A stretch of 64,000 nucleotides of DNA from a virus (lineage: Duplodnaviria > Heunggongvirae > Uroviricota > Caudoviricetes). Shown here piece after piece: positions 20,033-29,071 of this stretch. The translations under genes and the position numbers were made by a program. Position 1 is the first letter of the stretch. Each line of letters starts with the position of its first letter. Below the pieces are notes generated by a model. The model was not told where the DNA came from. It saw nothing but the letters and a program-made list of their open reading frames with translations, and searched no databases. The stretch lies in IMG/VR virus record IMGVR_UViG_3300012344_000014, positions 42,581 to 106,580 of that record; one strand, 5' to 3'.

Positions 20033-20073
20033 AAAATGGACGGCCTTCTACTGGGCATGTCCATTTTTGTTTG
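20033..20073 (+). terminator. rho-independent terminator after the HicA-like gene
   Basis: aaaatggac...gtccatttttgtttg hairpin plus T-tract. Confidence 0.55.
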
Positions 20074-20102
20074 TAAACGGCAGACCGCAATGATGGGGTG
20101 GG

Positions 20103-20720
20103 TTAAATAATTTCGTCCATTGTTTTCACAATGATGTCGCAGACTCCGTGCTCAAGGCAAAAAACGGAATCCAGTTCCCAGTCATTGTTGCGCTTTTTAT
20201 TCAGCAGCTTAGCAGGAATGTTGGTCTTCTTGAGGATATGTTCCTTCATGGCTTTTAGGGAACTTTTGTAGCTGTCGGCCGCGTCGAACACCTTGGTGCT
20301 GTCGCCGGAAAGGGAGGCGCTGCCCTCGTGGATTACAACGCGAGCGCGGGGAAGCATGAAACGCTTATGACCGCTGAGGAAGATGATACCAGCCGCTGAA
20401 GCGCACACGCCCATGTTAACCGTATAAACCGGCGTCACAGAGGATTCGATTGTATCAATGAAAGACCACATCATATCGGCGTCGCCGCCGTAATTCATCA
20501 GATACAGCCAGATCGGTTTGCGCTCATTGACCGGCTTGCCCGCGTCTTCAATGTTCCAGCGGAGGATCAGCCGCTCATACTCGAGCATGTTGATATCGAC
20601 TTCGCCGTCGAGCCAGAGTTTGCGCTCTTTTTCCAGCTTGTAATAGGATACCAGTTCAGGATCTGGCAACTGATAATTGCCAACGTTATCAGAAAGAATA
20701 GGAAGTACAAGTCCGTCCAT
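20103..20720 (-). CDS. clpP: ClpP-family serine peptidase
   Basis: ClpP-like fold length with 'GVCASAAGIIFLSG' catalytic-Ser region. Confidence 0.75.
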   Translation of the reverse strand: MDGLVLPILSDNVGNYQLPDPELVSYYKLEKERKLWLDGEVDINMLEYERLILRWNIEDAGKPVNERKPIWLYLMNYGGDADMMWSFIDTIESSVTPVYTVNMGVCASAAGIIFLSGHKRFMLPRARVVIHEGSASLSGDSTKVFDAADSYKSSLKAMKEHILKKTNIPAKLLNKKRNNDWELDSVFCLEHGVCDIIVKTMDEII

Positions 20721-20731
20721 ATGTTCTCCTC

Positions 20732-21442
20732 TCAGGATCTATGTTCTACGCTGTCAGCCCAGTTGGACACAACACCGCGATAGTTATGGGTCAGTTTACA
20801 GACGGCGGCAAAAGGTTCATATCTCGCCTCGGCCAGATAATCCACAAAGCCGGAATGTTCAGGCCGGTGATACAGATCGCACTGGCCGGTATGACCGATG
20901 ACGATTGTTTTGCAGCTGTCATGGATGCGGGTCAGGGTTTTCTTGAGCTCATCGAAGTAATAGTTCTGCGCTTCATCGATGATAACGACCTTATTTTCGA
21001 TGTTTTGCCCGCGGAAGAAGGTGTGGGACACACAGTCGATATACGCGGTATCCTCCTTTACGTTCATCATGTTCTCCTGCTTGACAGCGTGCATTACATC
21101 GATGCCGGCCTTGAGCGCCGCCTGATAAAACGGCTCGTTATAAACAGAGAGCTTATCCTGCACGGTGCCGGGGAGAAACCCGATCTTCTGTTCCTGTACA
21201 GGGGAAGTGACGTAAACGATGCCCTCATAACGCCCATATTTGACGAGCAGTTCGGCCGTCATAACTGCGATGGTTGTTTTGCCGCAGCCGGCTTTCGCAT
21301 CGCAGAGAACGATCAGCTTTTCGGGGTCCCAGATCGCGTCGCGAAACGCCCTCTGTTCGCCGTCAAGCTGGAGGCCGAAGAACGGATGATCGTCCAGTGT
21401 CTCCGGCGGGTTAGAATAATCGATAGTTTTTCGTTTTGCCAA
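20732..21442 (-). CDS. phoH: PhoH-family ATPase
   Basis: Walker A 'GCGKTTIAV' and PhoH-like core. Confidence 0.85.
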   Translation of the reverse strand: MAKRKTIDYSNPPETLDDHPFFGLQLDGEQRAFRDAIWDPEKLIVLCDAKAGCGKTTIAVMTAELLVKYGRYEGIVYVTSPVQEQKIGFLPGTVQDKLSVYNEPFYQAALKAGIDVMHAVKQENMMNVKEDTAYIDCVSHTFFRGQNIENKVVIIDEAQNYYFDELKKTLTRIHDSCKTIVIGHTGQCDLYHRPEHSGFVDYLAEARYEPFAAVCKLTHNYRGVVSNWADSVEHRS

Positions 21443-21470
21443 ACCGTATCATCACCTTTGCTTTTAATGG

Positions 21471-21499
21471 TTGTATATTGTCGCCCCGTGCCGTATAAT
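21471..21499 (+). promoter_or_regulatory. sigma70-like promoter (TTGTAT-17-TATAAT) for the second HicA-like gene
   Basis: ttgtat at 21471 and tataat at 21494. Confidence 0.5.
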
Positions 21500-21518
21500 G
21501 AGTGCGGAGGTGATTTTC

Positions 21519-21734
21519 TTGAAGAAGAACATATCTTCTCGGGAAGTTATCTCAATACTCAAAGAGCACGGATTCGTAGAAGACAAACGCCGGAGGACGG
21601 GCGGAGACACTATCTTTGTTAAACAGGGCTAGACGTCACACGTAAAAGTCCCCACAGGCCGGGAGTCGATACGAATCGGTACTTAGGTTAGTATCGAGAA
21701 ACAGTCCGGATTGCCCATTCGGTGTTAGCTGTAA
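21519..21734 (+). CDS. hicA: second HicA-like toxin paralogue with three in-frame TAG codons (21630, 21684, 21726)
   Basis: RBS ggagg then TTG at 21519. MKKNISSREVISILKEHGFVEDKRRRTGGDTIFVKQG-TAG-TSHVKVPTGRESIRIGT-TAG-VSIEKQSGLPIRC-TAG-L, ending TAA. The TAG after 'GT' is at the same position as in the first HicA. Confidence 0.5.
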
Positions 21735-21790
21735 TGGGCTCCGGGCGGCTTCCGCACTCATTGCACGGCGCAGGCCGGCAATATGCGAAG

Positions 21791-22063
21791 TTAGTCGGAT
21801 TCTACCTTCGCCACGAATTCATCAATCGCGTCTTCAACAGGCATTGCTTTGCCCGATACGCGGCTGTAAATCATCCCGTTGCGCCCATACAAGTACAGGT
21901 CCCCGCCGGCATAGGCTTTAGAAACCCGCTTGAGAACGTCCCATCCCATTGCGGCGGCAACCTCATCCAGATAGATCAATGTGGTAATCGCATCGTCAAT
22001 CAGCTCATGGTCCTGGTCGCGGAGAGCGGAAAGTCCATCGATAATTTCATTCAATGTTTTCAT
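21791..22063 (-). CDS. hypothetical protein (90 aa)
   Basis: ORF track; directly upstream of glyA. Confidence 0.45.
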   Translation of the reverse strand: MKTLNEIIDGLSALRDQDHELIDDAITTLIYLDEVAAAMGWDVLKRVSKAYAGGDLYLYGRNGMIYSRVSGKAMPVEDAIDEFVAKVESD

Positions 22064-22066
22064 GCT

Positions 22067-23308
22067 TCACCTCATAAACAGCGGGAAATTAAGGGCAAGA
22101 TCGCGAACGTCTTTCGCATAATCCGACGGGTTCGCGCCTTCAAGAATATCGGCGATTGTGTTAGCAATAAATTTTACTTCCGGCTCACGCATGCCGCGCG
22201 TCGTAATGGCGGGAGAGCCGATGCGGATACCGCTTGCCACGTTGGGGCTTAGCTTCTCGCCGGGAATGGTATTCTTGTTAACCGTGATATGACACGCGCC
22301 GAGAGCGGCCTCAATTTCCTTGCCTGTCTTGCCCGCATGGGAGACATTGAGCAGAAGCAGATGATTATCGGTGCCGCCGGTGACAAGACGGACGCCGCGT
22401 TCGGTAAGAACCCGCTCGAACGTCTTCGCGTTTTTTAGCACGTGCTTCTGATACTGCTTAAAGCCGGGTTCTAGCGCTTCCTTAAAGGCAATAGCTTTGG
22501 CTGCGATGATATGTTCCAAGGGGCCGCCCTGCAGGCGGGGGAACACCGCAAGATCAATCTGCCTGGCATACTCGGCTTTGCACAGAATCAACCCGGCGCG
22601 AGGACCGCGTAACGTTTTATGTGTGGTAGTCGTTACAAAATCAGCGTAGGGGACAGGAGAAGGATGAAGCCCCGTCGCGACCAGACCTGCGATATGCGCG
22701 ATATCGGCCAGAAGATAAGCGCCGACGCTATCGGCAATCTCGCGGAACTTTTTGAAATCGATCACACGGGAATAAGCGGAAGCGCCGCAGACGATGAGCT
22801 TCGGCCGATGCTGCTGAGCGAGGTCATAAACCCTGTCGTAGTCGATCAGGCCGGTTTCTTCATTAACCCCGTAGAGCACCGCGTCGTAAAGCCGACCGCC
22901 CTGGCCTTGCGGATTGCAATGGCTCAGGTGGCCGCCGCCGCTGAGCGACATCCCCAGCACCTTATCGCCCGGTTTGAGCACCGCAGCGTAGACGGCGTTG
23001 TTGGTCGTGGTGCCGCAATGCGGCTGCACATTAGCATGTTCGGCCCCGAAGAGCTGCTTCGCGCGCTCAATGGCCAGACGCTCGATTTCGTCAATATACT
23101 CACAACCGCCATAATAGCGCCTGCCGGGATACCCTTCGGCGTATTTACAGGTCAGAATAGAACCGGCCGCGGCCAGCACGGCGGGACTTGGATAATTCTC
23201 CGAGGCGATCAGTTCGATTCCGCCCGTCTGACGCAGATATTCTTTACGAATTAGGGCAGACACTTGCGGGTCAGTCTGCTCGATCGTTTCCAGTTCACTC
23301 AATTTCAT
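22067..23308 (-). CDS. glyA: serine hydroxymethyltransferase
   Basis: Full-length SHMT with the PLP-lysine motif '[13 protein letters not shown]'. Confidence 0.9.
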   Translation of the reverse strand: MKLSELETIEQTDPQVSALIRKEYLRQTGGIELIASENYPSPAVLAAAGSILTCKYAEGYPGRRYYGGCEYIDEIERLAIERAKQLFGAEHANVQPHCGTTTNNAVYAAVLKPGDKVLGMSLSGGGHLSHCNPQGQGGRLYDAVLYGVNEETGLIDYDRVYDLAQQHRPKLIVCGASAYSRVIDFKKFREIADSVGAYLLADIAHIAGLVATGLHPSPVPYADFVTTTTHKTLRGPRAGLILCKAEYARQIDLAVFPRLQGGPLEHIIAAKAIAFKEALEPGFKQYQKHVLKNAKTFERVLTERGVRLVTGGTDNHLLLLNVSHAGKTGKEIEAALGACHITVNKNTIPGEKLSPNVASGIRIGSPAITTRGMREPEVKFIANTIADILEGANPSDYAKDVRDLALNFPLFMR

Positions 23309-23492
23309 ATCCGTTTACAGGCATTTCCTTTCCGGCCGCAGACAGCGGCTCGTAGTTTTTTGCAGAACGCCAACACCATTGACGATTTTCATAGACGAGG
23401 AATTGCGGGTAGCCGTTCTTATCGTTACGAACAGCATAAACTTCGACGTTCCGGCCTGTGTGGAGCGCGGAAACAATGAAGGAGTTGGTCAT
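23295..23492 (-). CDS. hypothetical protein (65 aa)
   Basis: ORF track; ATGA-type coupling. Confidence 0.4.
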   Translation of the reverse strand: MTNSFIVSALHTGRNVEVYAVRNDKNGYPQFLVYENRQWCWRSAKNYEPLSAAGKEMPVNGYEIE

Positions 23493-23731
23493 TCGACTCC
23501 GAGCGCCTCCGCTTCGCTATAGCCAGGCATCCCGCTGAAGCGTTCCATGACGGCGTCGCGCTGCGACTGACCTAGAAAGTGTTTCAGCAAATAGTCGCAA
23601 TACAGATTCAGGTTCTGACAGCGGACAAGCGTGTGCTCGTAATCTCGAACGAGCGTTTTATACCTCACCGCACAGCCGCCTTTTTTACAGGAGCAGACGC
23701 GTTTTACTTCGCCCATAATATTAACCTCCAA
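23489..23731 (-). CDS. hypothetical Cys-containing protein (80 aa)
   Basis: ORF track; RBS ggagg. Confidence 0.4.
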   Translation of the reverse strand: MEVNIMGEVKRVCSCKKGGCAVRYKTLVRDYEHTLVRCQNLNLYCDYLLKHFLGQSQRDAVMERFSGMPGYSEAEALGVE

Positions 23732-23897
23732 AGAAACCGCCCCAGAGGAGCAGGCCGACCATCATTCCTGTTCCTACAACCGACCCGATACAGCCGGCTG
23801 CTATTTTAGTCGGGTCTTTCTCTTTAAGAGCGTTTAGCAAATTCACAAGGAAAGAAAGCGAATACAGAATAATTACAATAATTTGAGGAGCACCCAT
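23724..23897 (-). CDS. small membrane protein (57 aa)
   Basis: RBS gaaagg then ATG. Two hydrophobic segments; below the ORF-track size threshold. Confidence 0.3.
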
Positions 23898-23901
23898 CAC
23901 A

Positions 23902-24378
23902 TCAAACCTTTCTATGTTGGAATTTATAAGTGATATTGGAGTAGTTCATTGCCATACCGTTTTTGCCGGATGACAGCAGCCACATGGACTGATTGGTGTT
24001 CGGTGAGTCGAGCCCACCGCGCTCTTCAATGTAGGGGCCGATTTTGTAGTAATCAACCCAGCACTGAAGGGAGAGATCGAACACCTGCGAGCCGGAATAG
24101 AGGCAGGTTTTAAGTCCCGCCTTCCGCACCGACATCAGGCATCGCGCCAGCGCGTCTCGGTCATTCCCCTCACCCATAAAGCAGACGCAGGTAATTCGGC
24201 CCGCATACTCCTTGAGTAAAGTTGGAAGATCGTGCTCAAGATCATAGCCGACATCCTGCTGCAGCTCCGGCGAGTGACAGCCGGGGCAGCGATGCGGGCA
24301 GTTTGAAACCTCCACCGCGAGACTGATTTCATCAGGGACTTCCTGCAGGACGACGCTGTAACCGGTGTATTTAATCAT
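23902..24378 (-). CDS. nrdG: anaerobic ribonucleotide reductase activating protein (radical SAM)
   Basis: 'CPHRCPGCHSPE' CxxxCxxC cluster. Start 'MIKYTG' overlaps the stop of the upstream gene (ATGATTAA). Confidence 0.8.
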   Translation of the reverse strand: MIKYTGYSVVLQEVPDEISLAVEVSNCPHRCPGCHSPELQQDVGYDLEHDLPTLLKEYAGRITCVCFMGEGNDRDALARCLMSVRKAGLKTCLYSGSQVFDLSLQCWVDYYKIGPYIEERGGLDSPNTNQSMWLLSSGKNGMAMNYSNITYKFQHRKV

Positions 24379-24556
24379 CGGCCGGTACCTGCACATAGAG
24401 GCCGCAGCAACATTCCTTTGTCGTCCGGAACGCAAGGCACGGACATTTGTTATCATCAGTCTTCTCGACCCGGCAGGGGCAATAGCCGTTGTTAGCGGCT
24501 ATTCTCCCCCTGAGCATCGCGACGAAATCCTTATCAGGATTCAGTTTGATTTTCAT
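24371..24556 (-). CDS. ferredoxin-thioredoxin reductase catalytic-subunit-like (FDR-like) small protein, copy 1
   Basis: 'GYCPCRVEKTDDNKCPCLAFRTTKECCCGLY' CPC...CPC...C.C motif. Paralogue of ORF 30201-30446. Confidence 0.5.
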   Translation of the reverse strand: MKIKLNPDKDFVAMLRGRIAANNGYCPCRVEKTDDNKCPCLAFRTTKECCCGLYVQVPADD

Positions 24557-26855
24557 ATTCCTGTCCACCGAAATACCTCCGGTCATATTCATTCTTGCGC
24601 TCGGCCGACCACTTCGACACGCGGGTCAGATAGCCGATGATGCGCGTGGCATAATCCAGATTTTCACTGCTGCACTTTGGGCACTTCTCCAGCTTGTGCT
24701 TGCTGATATACCCGCAGTCGTTGCAGATGGTATTGGGAACGTTGAAGGTAAAATACGAGCAGCCTTCATGAATCGCGTTGAGAATGAGCAGCTCGTACTG
24801 GCGAGCGGTGAGGTGTTCTTCGAGGTTGATATGGCAGGCGCTGCCGCCGTCGAGATTGCGGATATAACGATCGCCATGCAGCCGAATCTTATCAAGAACC
24901 GTTGTTTTAGGATCTTCAACCACGAAGAAATAGCTGTTATAACACGCTCTCGGGACGGAGAGCCCGTCGGCTTTATCCCATTTGGCGTTCTTCACGCCTA
25001 AGCTTTCGGCTGGCACGTACTCCGTGTTAAACATAACGCCCGGCTCGGCATCGGCCACGTTCCGCCGGTGAATCGTATCAAGGATGAGATCAGTGAACTC
25101 GCCGTAAGCCTTGTTGTCACCGACCGGAATGCCCAGATACTCCGCCGCCTCGACCAGACCGTTGATGCCAACGGTAAGATACTGCTTCTCCGGCGAAACG
25201 AACCCTGCGTCATAAAGCGGGATCATATGCTTGGCCTGCGCATCCTTCACCATCGCGTTATACGCTTTCAAATAGCGATGGACATGCGCGGTCAGATCGT
25301 CAAGCGAGGCTTTGACCTTGGCCAGATCGCCGCCGCAGCCCTGAACGAGCCGGTTGATATTGATGGTCATGACGCGCTTGGAGCCGGTCGCGATGCCGCC
25401 CGCGCCAAGGCTGTAAGTGAACTGGTTTTCAACGATGTTGTTTTTCAGGCGGCAGTTATGCGTAATTACTCCGGAGGGAAGCATGAAGTAGGGCTCGCAC
25501 CCATCATCAACCTCGAGGCAGTAAACATAATCGTATGTATTGGCGCTCTCGATCACCTCAGATACCGGGCGGTATGTATACATCCTGCTTTCGGGATCCC
25601 AACACTGGACTTCATCCCCCTCGACGAGCTCCTTCGCCTGGACGTCTCCGCGCCGGGTGGGGAAAAGATGGTTATCCGTCACCTCATACATATGGCGGGC
25701 GTTCGGCTTGACGTCGATTGTGATAAAATACATCTGACGGCCGGGGAGACGAATGAGAGTCGCGGGAACCACTTCCTCACCGAGCATAACCCGAACACGA
25801 AAATCCTGTTCCTGTTCAAGCATCTGGTAAAGACGCTCTGCAGCCCCGACAAGCAATGTGTTATGCTGGTCCCAGACGGAGAACAGTGTATCCGGCGCAA
25901 AGCAGCACGAACTCAAGCTATCCACGCTATCGCTGGTATAAGTGAAAAAACTGTGCCCTTCGGCATACATCTCGGCGATATGCTTCAGTGCCCGCTGGTC
26001 AACAGCCGTCTTGCCGTTGTTCAGGAGAGAGAACGTTTCGACCGGGAAGGTGATGATCTTGCGGAGCCGCTCCTGATTAAACCACTTCATAAACCGAACC
26101 TGCAGCCACCAGAGGGACTCCCAGAGATCGGTCATTACTGTGCCGTCCGGGAAGGCGAAACCTTCGAACAGCCCGCGGAAATACGGCTCATCAAAATAGG
26201 AAATATTCCAGAAGACGGCCTGATTGCCGCGCGCCGCCGCCGGTTGATTGACCGAGTAGACAACCTGCGCGAAGGTATCGGTGATCACGTTATCAATGGT
26301 GCGCTTGCGGCCGAACAGTTCGGCTTGCGTATCCGGCTTCAGATAATAATCTTCGCCGTATTCCTTGACGAGGAAATAGTTCATATAGGCGAGAAACTCC
26401 GGGGTGGCAATCGCGCCGAGCACCTGAGCGGAAGCGGCGAACACCAGATTGACAAACCCGCCGGCGAAACTTTGCAGCGTCTTGGGAGCGTCCGACGTGC
26501 CGCCCAGCCCCTTCAAGCCGTGCAAAAGAAACGGGTACATAGTGATGCTAGCGCAATAGATCTGCGGGGTCTGGCCGGTTTCATCATGGCAATAGACACG
26601 ATGGGTTTCGAGGTTATCAATGTAGCTGTCGGCCTCTTCCTCGCCGTACATGGCGGTGAGCATATCATGCATCATCAACCGGCTGGTATAGATGCGGCCG
26701 CGCTTACCGCTTTCGGACGCGAGGGTGGCCAGATTCTTTGAACTGACATTGGAGTTTGGATCATAGTCGCTGCTTTCGGCGGCGCATTTTTCATCCATAT
26801 AACGTCTGATGAAATTTGCTTCCGGACGATAGCGCGCATATTTGTCGGGGATCAT
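24534..26855 (-). CDS. nrdD: anaerobic ribonucleoside-triphosphate reductase (class III) containing a mini-intein
   Basis: Glycyl-radical motif 'RIIGYLTRV' and C-terminal Cys4 cluster. A ~150-aa Hint-only insertion is present. Confidence 0.9.
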   Translation of the reverse strand: MIPDKYARYRPEANFIRRYMDEKCAAESSDYDPNSNVSSKNLATLASESGKRGRIYTSRLMMHDMLTAMYGEEEADSYIDNLETHRVYCHDETGQTPQIYCASITMYPFLLHGLKGLGGTSDAPKTLQSFAGGFVNLVFAASAQVLGAIATPEFLAYMNYFLVKEYGEDYYLKPDTQAELFGRKRTIDNVITDTFAQVVYSVNQPAAARGNQAVFWNISYFDEPYFRGLFEGFAFPDGTVMTDLWESLWWLQVRFMKWFNQERLRKIITFPVETFSLLNNGKTAVDQRALKHIAEMYAEGHSFFTYTSDSVDSLSSCCFAPDTLFSVWDQHNTLLVGAAERLYQMLEQEQDFRVRVMLGEEVVPATLIRLPGRQMYFITIDVKPNARHMYEVTDNHLFPTRRGDVQAKELVEGDEVQCWDPESRMYTYRPVSEVIESANTYDYVYCLEVDDGCEPYFMLPSGVITHNCRLKNNIVENQFTYSLGAGGIATGSKRVMTININRLVQGCGGDLAKVKASLDDLTAHVHRYLKAYNAMVKDAQAKHMIPLYDAGFVSPEKQYLTVGINGLVEAAEYLGIPVGDNKAYGEFTDLILDTIHRRNVADAEPGVMFNTEYVPAESLGVKNAKWDKADGLSVPRACYNSYFFVVEDPKTTVLDKIRLHGDRYIRNLDGGSACHINLEEHLTARQYELLILNAIHEGCSYFTFNVPNTICNDCGYISKHKLEKCPKCSSENLDYATRIIGYLTRVSKWSAERKNEYDRRYFGGQEYENQTES
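25455..25904 (-). mobile_element. mini-intein (Hint domain, no endonuclease) inside nrdD
   Basis: N-terminal block 'C-FAPDTLFSV' after extein Cys; C-terminal block 'YVYCLEVDDGCEPYFMLPSGVITHN' followed by +1 Cys. About 150 aa. Confidence 0.7.
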
Positions 26856-27064
26856 TCAACAGATACTCCTTTGCTGAGATATTTCATGGCCTGCGCAAAG
26901 TTCATGAGATTGCCGTCCTTGTCTTCGAGGGCGGGGACAACCTGAATGCCTTTTGCCTTCAGCTGCTCCGCATCGGAAACAATATTGCATGGGATCTAAA
27001 GCTGCGCGAGCCGCTCGGCAAGCAGGTCGCACATGGGGCAGCCGGGAAGAGTATAAAGCGTCAT
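26852..27064 (-). CDS. nrdH: NrdH/glutaredoxin-like redoxin with in-frame TAG (26996-26998)
   Basis: MTLYTLPGCPMCDLLAERLAQL-TAG-IPCNIVSDAEQLKAKGIQVVPAL... has a CPMC active site and thioredoxin-fold pattern. TGA overlaps the nrdD ATG. No ORF>60 aa in the track because of the TAG. Confidence 0.65.
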
Positions 27065-27079
27065 TTCGGAATCAAACTC

Positions 27080-27125
27080 CTTTCATATAATAAAGGGAAC
27101 ATTTTCATGCCCCCTTTTTCACATT
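27080..27125 (-). promoter_or_regulatory. conserved ~40-nt promoter-like element, copy 1 of 3, upstream of nrdH-nrdD-nrdG
   Basis: Minus-strand reading gtgaaaaagggggcatGAAAATGTTCCCTTTATTATatg. Near-identical copies at 32550-32600 and 51770-51815. Confidence 0.5.
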
Positions 27126-27627
27126 TGAAAAATTTTATTTTGAATAAGCCACGCGACGCCTACCGCAACCGCATCAGATTCGTCGTCGCAGGCGTAACGC
27201 TGAGGGCCGACATAATCCTCAAGCATCTCGGCCACGCGGTCTTTCTCCGCATTGGCGTCGCCGGTGACGATGCGCTTGGTCATGCGAGGATCGATCTCTT
27301 CAAACTCTCTGCCTGTCAAATGCCAGGCATAAAGATCGGCCACGCCGACAACCTTATGCAAAACCCCGATGGTCTTCATCTGATAGCGGCCGGGGTAAAT
27401 CGCTTTCTCTCGAACCAATATGGCGTCCGGATAAGCGGTCATATATCGCTTCTATTCGCGCGCAATCTCCAGAAGCATCTGGCCATGCGTTTTCTTGCGG
27501 GCATACTTGTTGTTGACATTGCTGAGCTCGCGCACGGTGATCGTATTATTCTCACAATGAAGCAGCGCAAAGCCGGGGCGATGGAGCGAGAGATCGCAGG
27601 CGAAGACATCGACGGCGGTTTCAGGCA
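27119..27627 (-). CDS. ruvC: RuvC-like Holliday-junction resolvase with in-frame TAG (27452-27454)
   Basis: N-terminal 'VDVFACDLSLHRPGFALL' (RuvC 'ILGIDPG..TG' equivalent) lies in ORF 27452-27889; C-terminal 'ESDAVAVGVAWL' lies in ORF 27119-27442. Same frame, separated only by TAG. GTG start with RBS gagggga. Coordinates +/-3. Confidence 0.6.
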
Positions 27628-27977
27628 CAGGGCGTCCCCTCGCTTTCACGCGCCAGCTTATCCGTCTCATAGGCGAAGAGCGCGCGGACAATGGCGTGCG
27701 CCAGATGATCATCGCTGATATCGCCGGCAAGATAAGCGTACAGATGTTGGATGCAATGCCCGATATGCTCCTCGGGCGGGATTTTTGTATAGTTACGGCA
27801 GGCGAAGGTTTCGCCGTATTTCTCAGCACCGGCCTTCGCGACTTCAGCCGCGGCAAACATTGCATGCACGGGCAGAAGCTGGAAAGCATAAGGGCTGCGG
27901 CTTTGCTTGCCGCCTTCGCTGTTCACGACGACGGGGACGTCTTTACCGACCCCGAAGATTACATTATCGCCAAGCAT
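27621..27977 (-). CDS. hypothetical protein (118 aa)
   Basis: ORF track; coupled to downstream genes. No firm family assignment. Confidence 0.5.
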   Translation of the reverse strand: MLGDNVIFGVGKDVPVVVNSEGGKQSRSPYAFQLLPVHAMFAAAEVAKAGAEKYGETFACRNYTKIPPEEHIGHCIQHLYAYLAGDISDDHLAHAIVRALFAYETDKLARESEGTPCA

Positions 27978-27986
27978 TTTATCACC

Positions 27987-28709
27987 TCAGAAATCAATAA
28001 AATCATGATACAGAAAACGGGTGCGGGGCGGCACGCGGCGATCAAGATGCCAATGCCCGCAGAACCATTCAGGCTCGAGCGCGGCGGCGTCTACCTCGTC
28101 CATCCAGCGTTCCATGGTATAATCGGGAGGGCCTCCATAAATATTGGGAGCGCATCGATCCCACGGAATCATGCTCTGGGGGCAGGTATGGGAGAGGATA
28201 ACATCGGGGCGATGGACGCGCGCGGTTTCCAGAATAGAATCTCTTTCAGGTTTTGAAAGCTGCTCATCAGGGAACCAGCGATATTGCGGGAACCCCTGCG
28301 CCTGACGCTCGAGCCGGATAAACTTATCGATGCTGTAAGCGCCGCCGATCACCATGACGCTCGTGCCGCTGAAATCATACAGGCCGCCGTCTTTCGCATA
28401 GAGAATATTTGGAAACTCATCCTCGACGAGCACAGGGCCTGAAAGATAAGAACTGACATAGTCTTCCTCGCGGCAGACTTTGCGGCTGGGGCGCTGATCA
28501 TGGTTGCCGCGAACCATAAAGAACGTCAGCGGCAAAGCGGCGAGCTCGGCCTTGAGTTTTCTATCCCGCTTACCGCCAAAGTAATTCACCCCGTTATCGC
28601 CAAGCACAACCATGAGATCTCCGCCGGCGTCTTTGCCGACGTCGTGAGACTCGCAGAAGAGTTCGACGGAACTATAATCGCCGTGTTTATCGCCGGTAAG
28701 CCAGATCAT
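27987..28709 (-). CDS. metallophosphoesterase (calcineurin-like Ser/Thr phosphatase family)
   Basis: 'GDKHGD', 'GDNG', 'GNHD' motifs. ATG at 28709 overlaps the upstream TGA. Confidence 0.75.
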   Translation of the reverse strand: MIWLTGDKHGDYSSVELFCESHDVGKDAGGDLMVVLGDNGVNYFGGKRDRKLKAELAALPLTFFMVRGNHDQRPSRKVCREEDYVSSYLSGPVLVEDEFPNILYAKDGGLYDFSGTSVMVIGGAYSIDKFIRLERQAQGFPQYRWFPDEQLSKPERDSILETARVHRPDVILSHTCPQSMIPWDRCAPNIYGGPPDYTMERWMDEVDAAALEPEWFCGHWHLDRRVPPRTRFLYHDFIDF

Positions 28710-29071
28710 TGCGTGCTCCTTTTTAATCTCTGCCCGCATTGCGGGCAATATCGATCGGTTCGTTTAACTTCGTTGGGGCAGGCGGGGCAGCGCAGTGTAT
28801 GAAGCTTGCGCCGCCCATCATCCATGGTTTGTTCCAGCGGAGGGAGGGGATTATCCCGGTTCTTGCGCCATTCAACCAGCTCGCTGGCGGGAACCAGTCG
28901 GAACTCTCCGCTCTCCCAATCAAAGCCGAGATAACCATGGGAAACTTCGACGCCCGCCGGAGGCCCCAACGCGGGGAAGCCCAGGGAAATGAGGACTTCC
29001 ACCTTGTCAGGGTCACACAGCGTACCCGCAACCGCCTGGCGCACAGCTTCGTTTAGCTGAGAAAGCGTCAT
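28706..29071 (-). CDS. hypothetical protein with C-terminal zinc ribbon
   Basis: 'CPACPNEVKRTDRYCPQCG'. Confidence 0.5.
   Translation of the reverse strand: MTLSQLNEAVRQAVAGTLCDPDKVEVLISLGFPALGPPAGVEVSHGYLGFDWESGEFRLVPASELVEWRKNRDNPLPPLEQTMDDGRRKLHTLRCPACPNEVKRTDRYCPQCGQRLKRSTQ

Noticed and set aside
17560-20100. Search for a suppressor tRNA or any tRNA, tmRNA or rRNA in the intergenic gaps (17.5-20.1 kb, 41.9-42.2 kb, 43.9-44.1 kb, 59.1-60.4 kb, 61.1-61.4 kb, 62.2-62.4 kb).
   Set aside because: No cloverleaf-like 70-90-nt element with a GTTCRA-type T-arm and an anticodon stem was recognisable by eye. The suppressor is presumably elsewhere in the phage or host genome. A tRNAscan-type search is still needed.
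24371-24592. Long N-terminal extensions of nrdG (to 24456), thyX (to 31308), dnaE (to 37494), ligase (to 42164), recombinase (to 17605) and the 47519 gene (to 48244) suggested by the ORF track.
   Set aside because: Each extended N-terminus is low-complexity antisense-like sequence overlapping the upstream gene. Internal ATGs with good RBS and family-typical N-termini give the likely starts.
25068-26741. Long antisense ORFs in the ORF track. Examples: 25068-26741 (+), 39879-41651 (+), 51028-52680 (+), 31316-32323 (+), 321-1751 (-), 9448-10974 (-).
   Set aside because: They lie opposite genes with clear homology (NrdD, PARP/ligase, Sak4/integrase, SPFH, tail genes). Their sequences are low-complexity and Arg/Ala/Gly-rich, as expected from high-GC antisense frames. 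They have no RBS or motifs.
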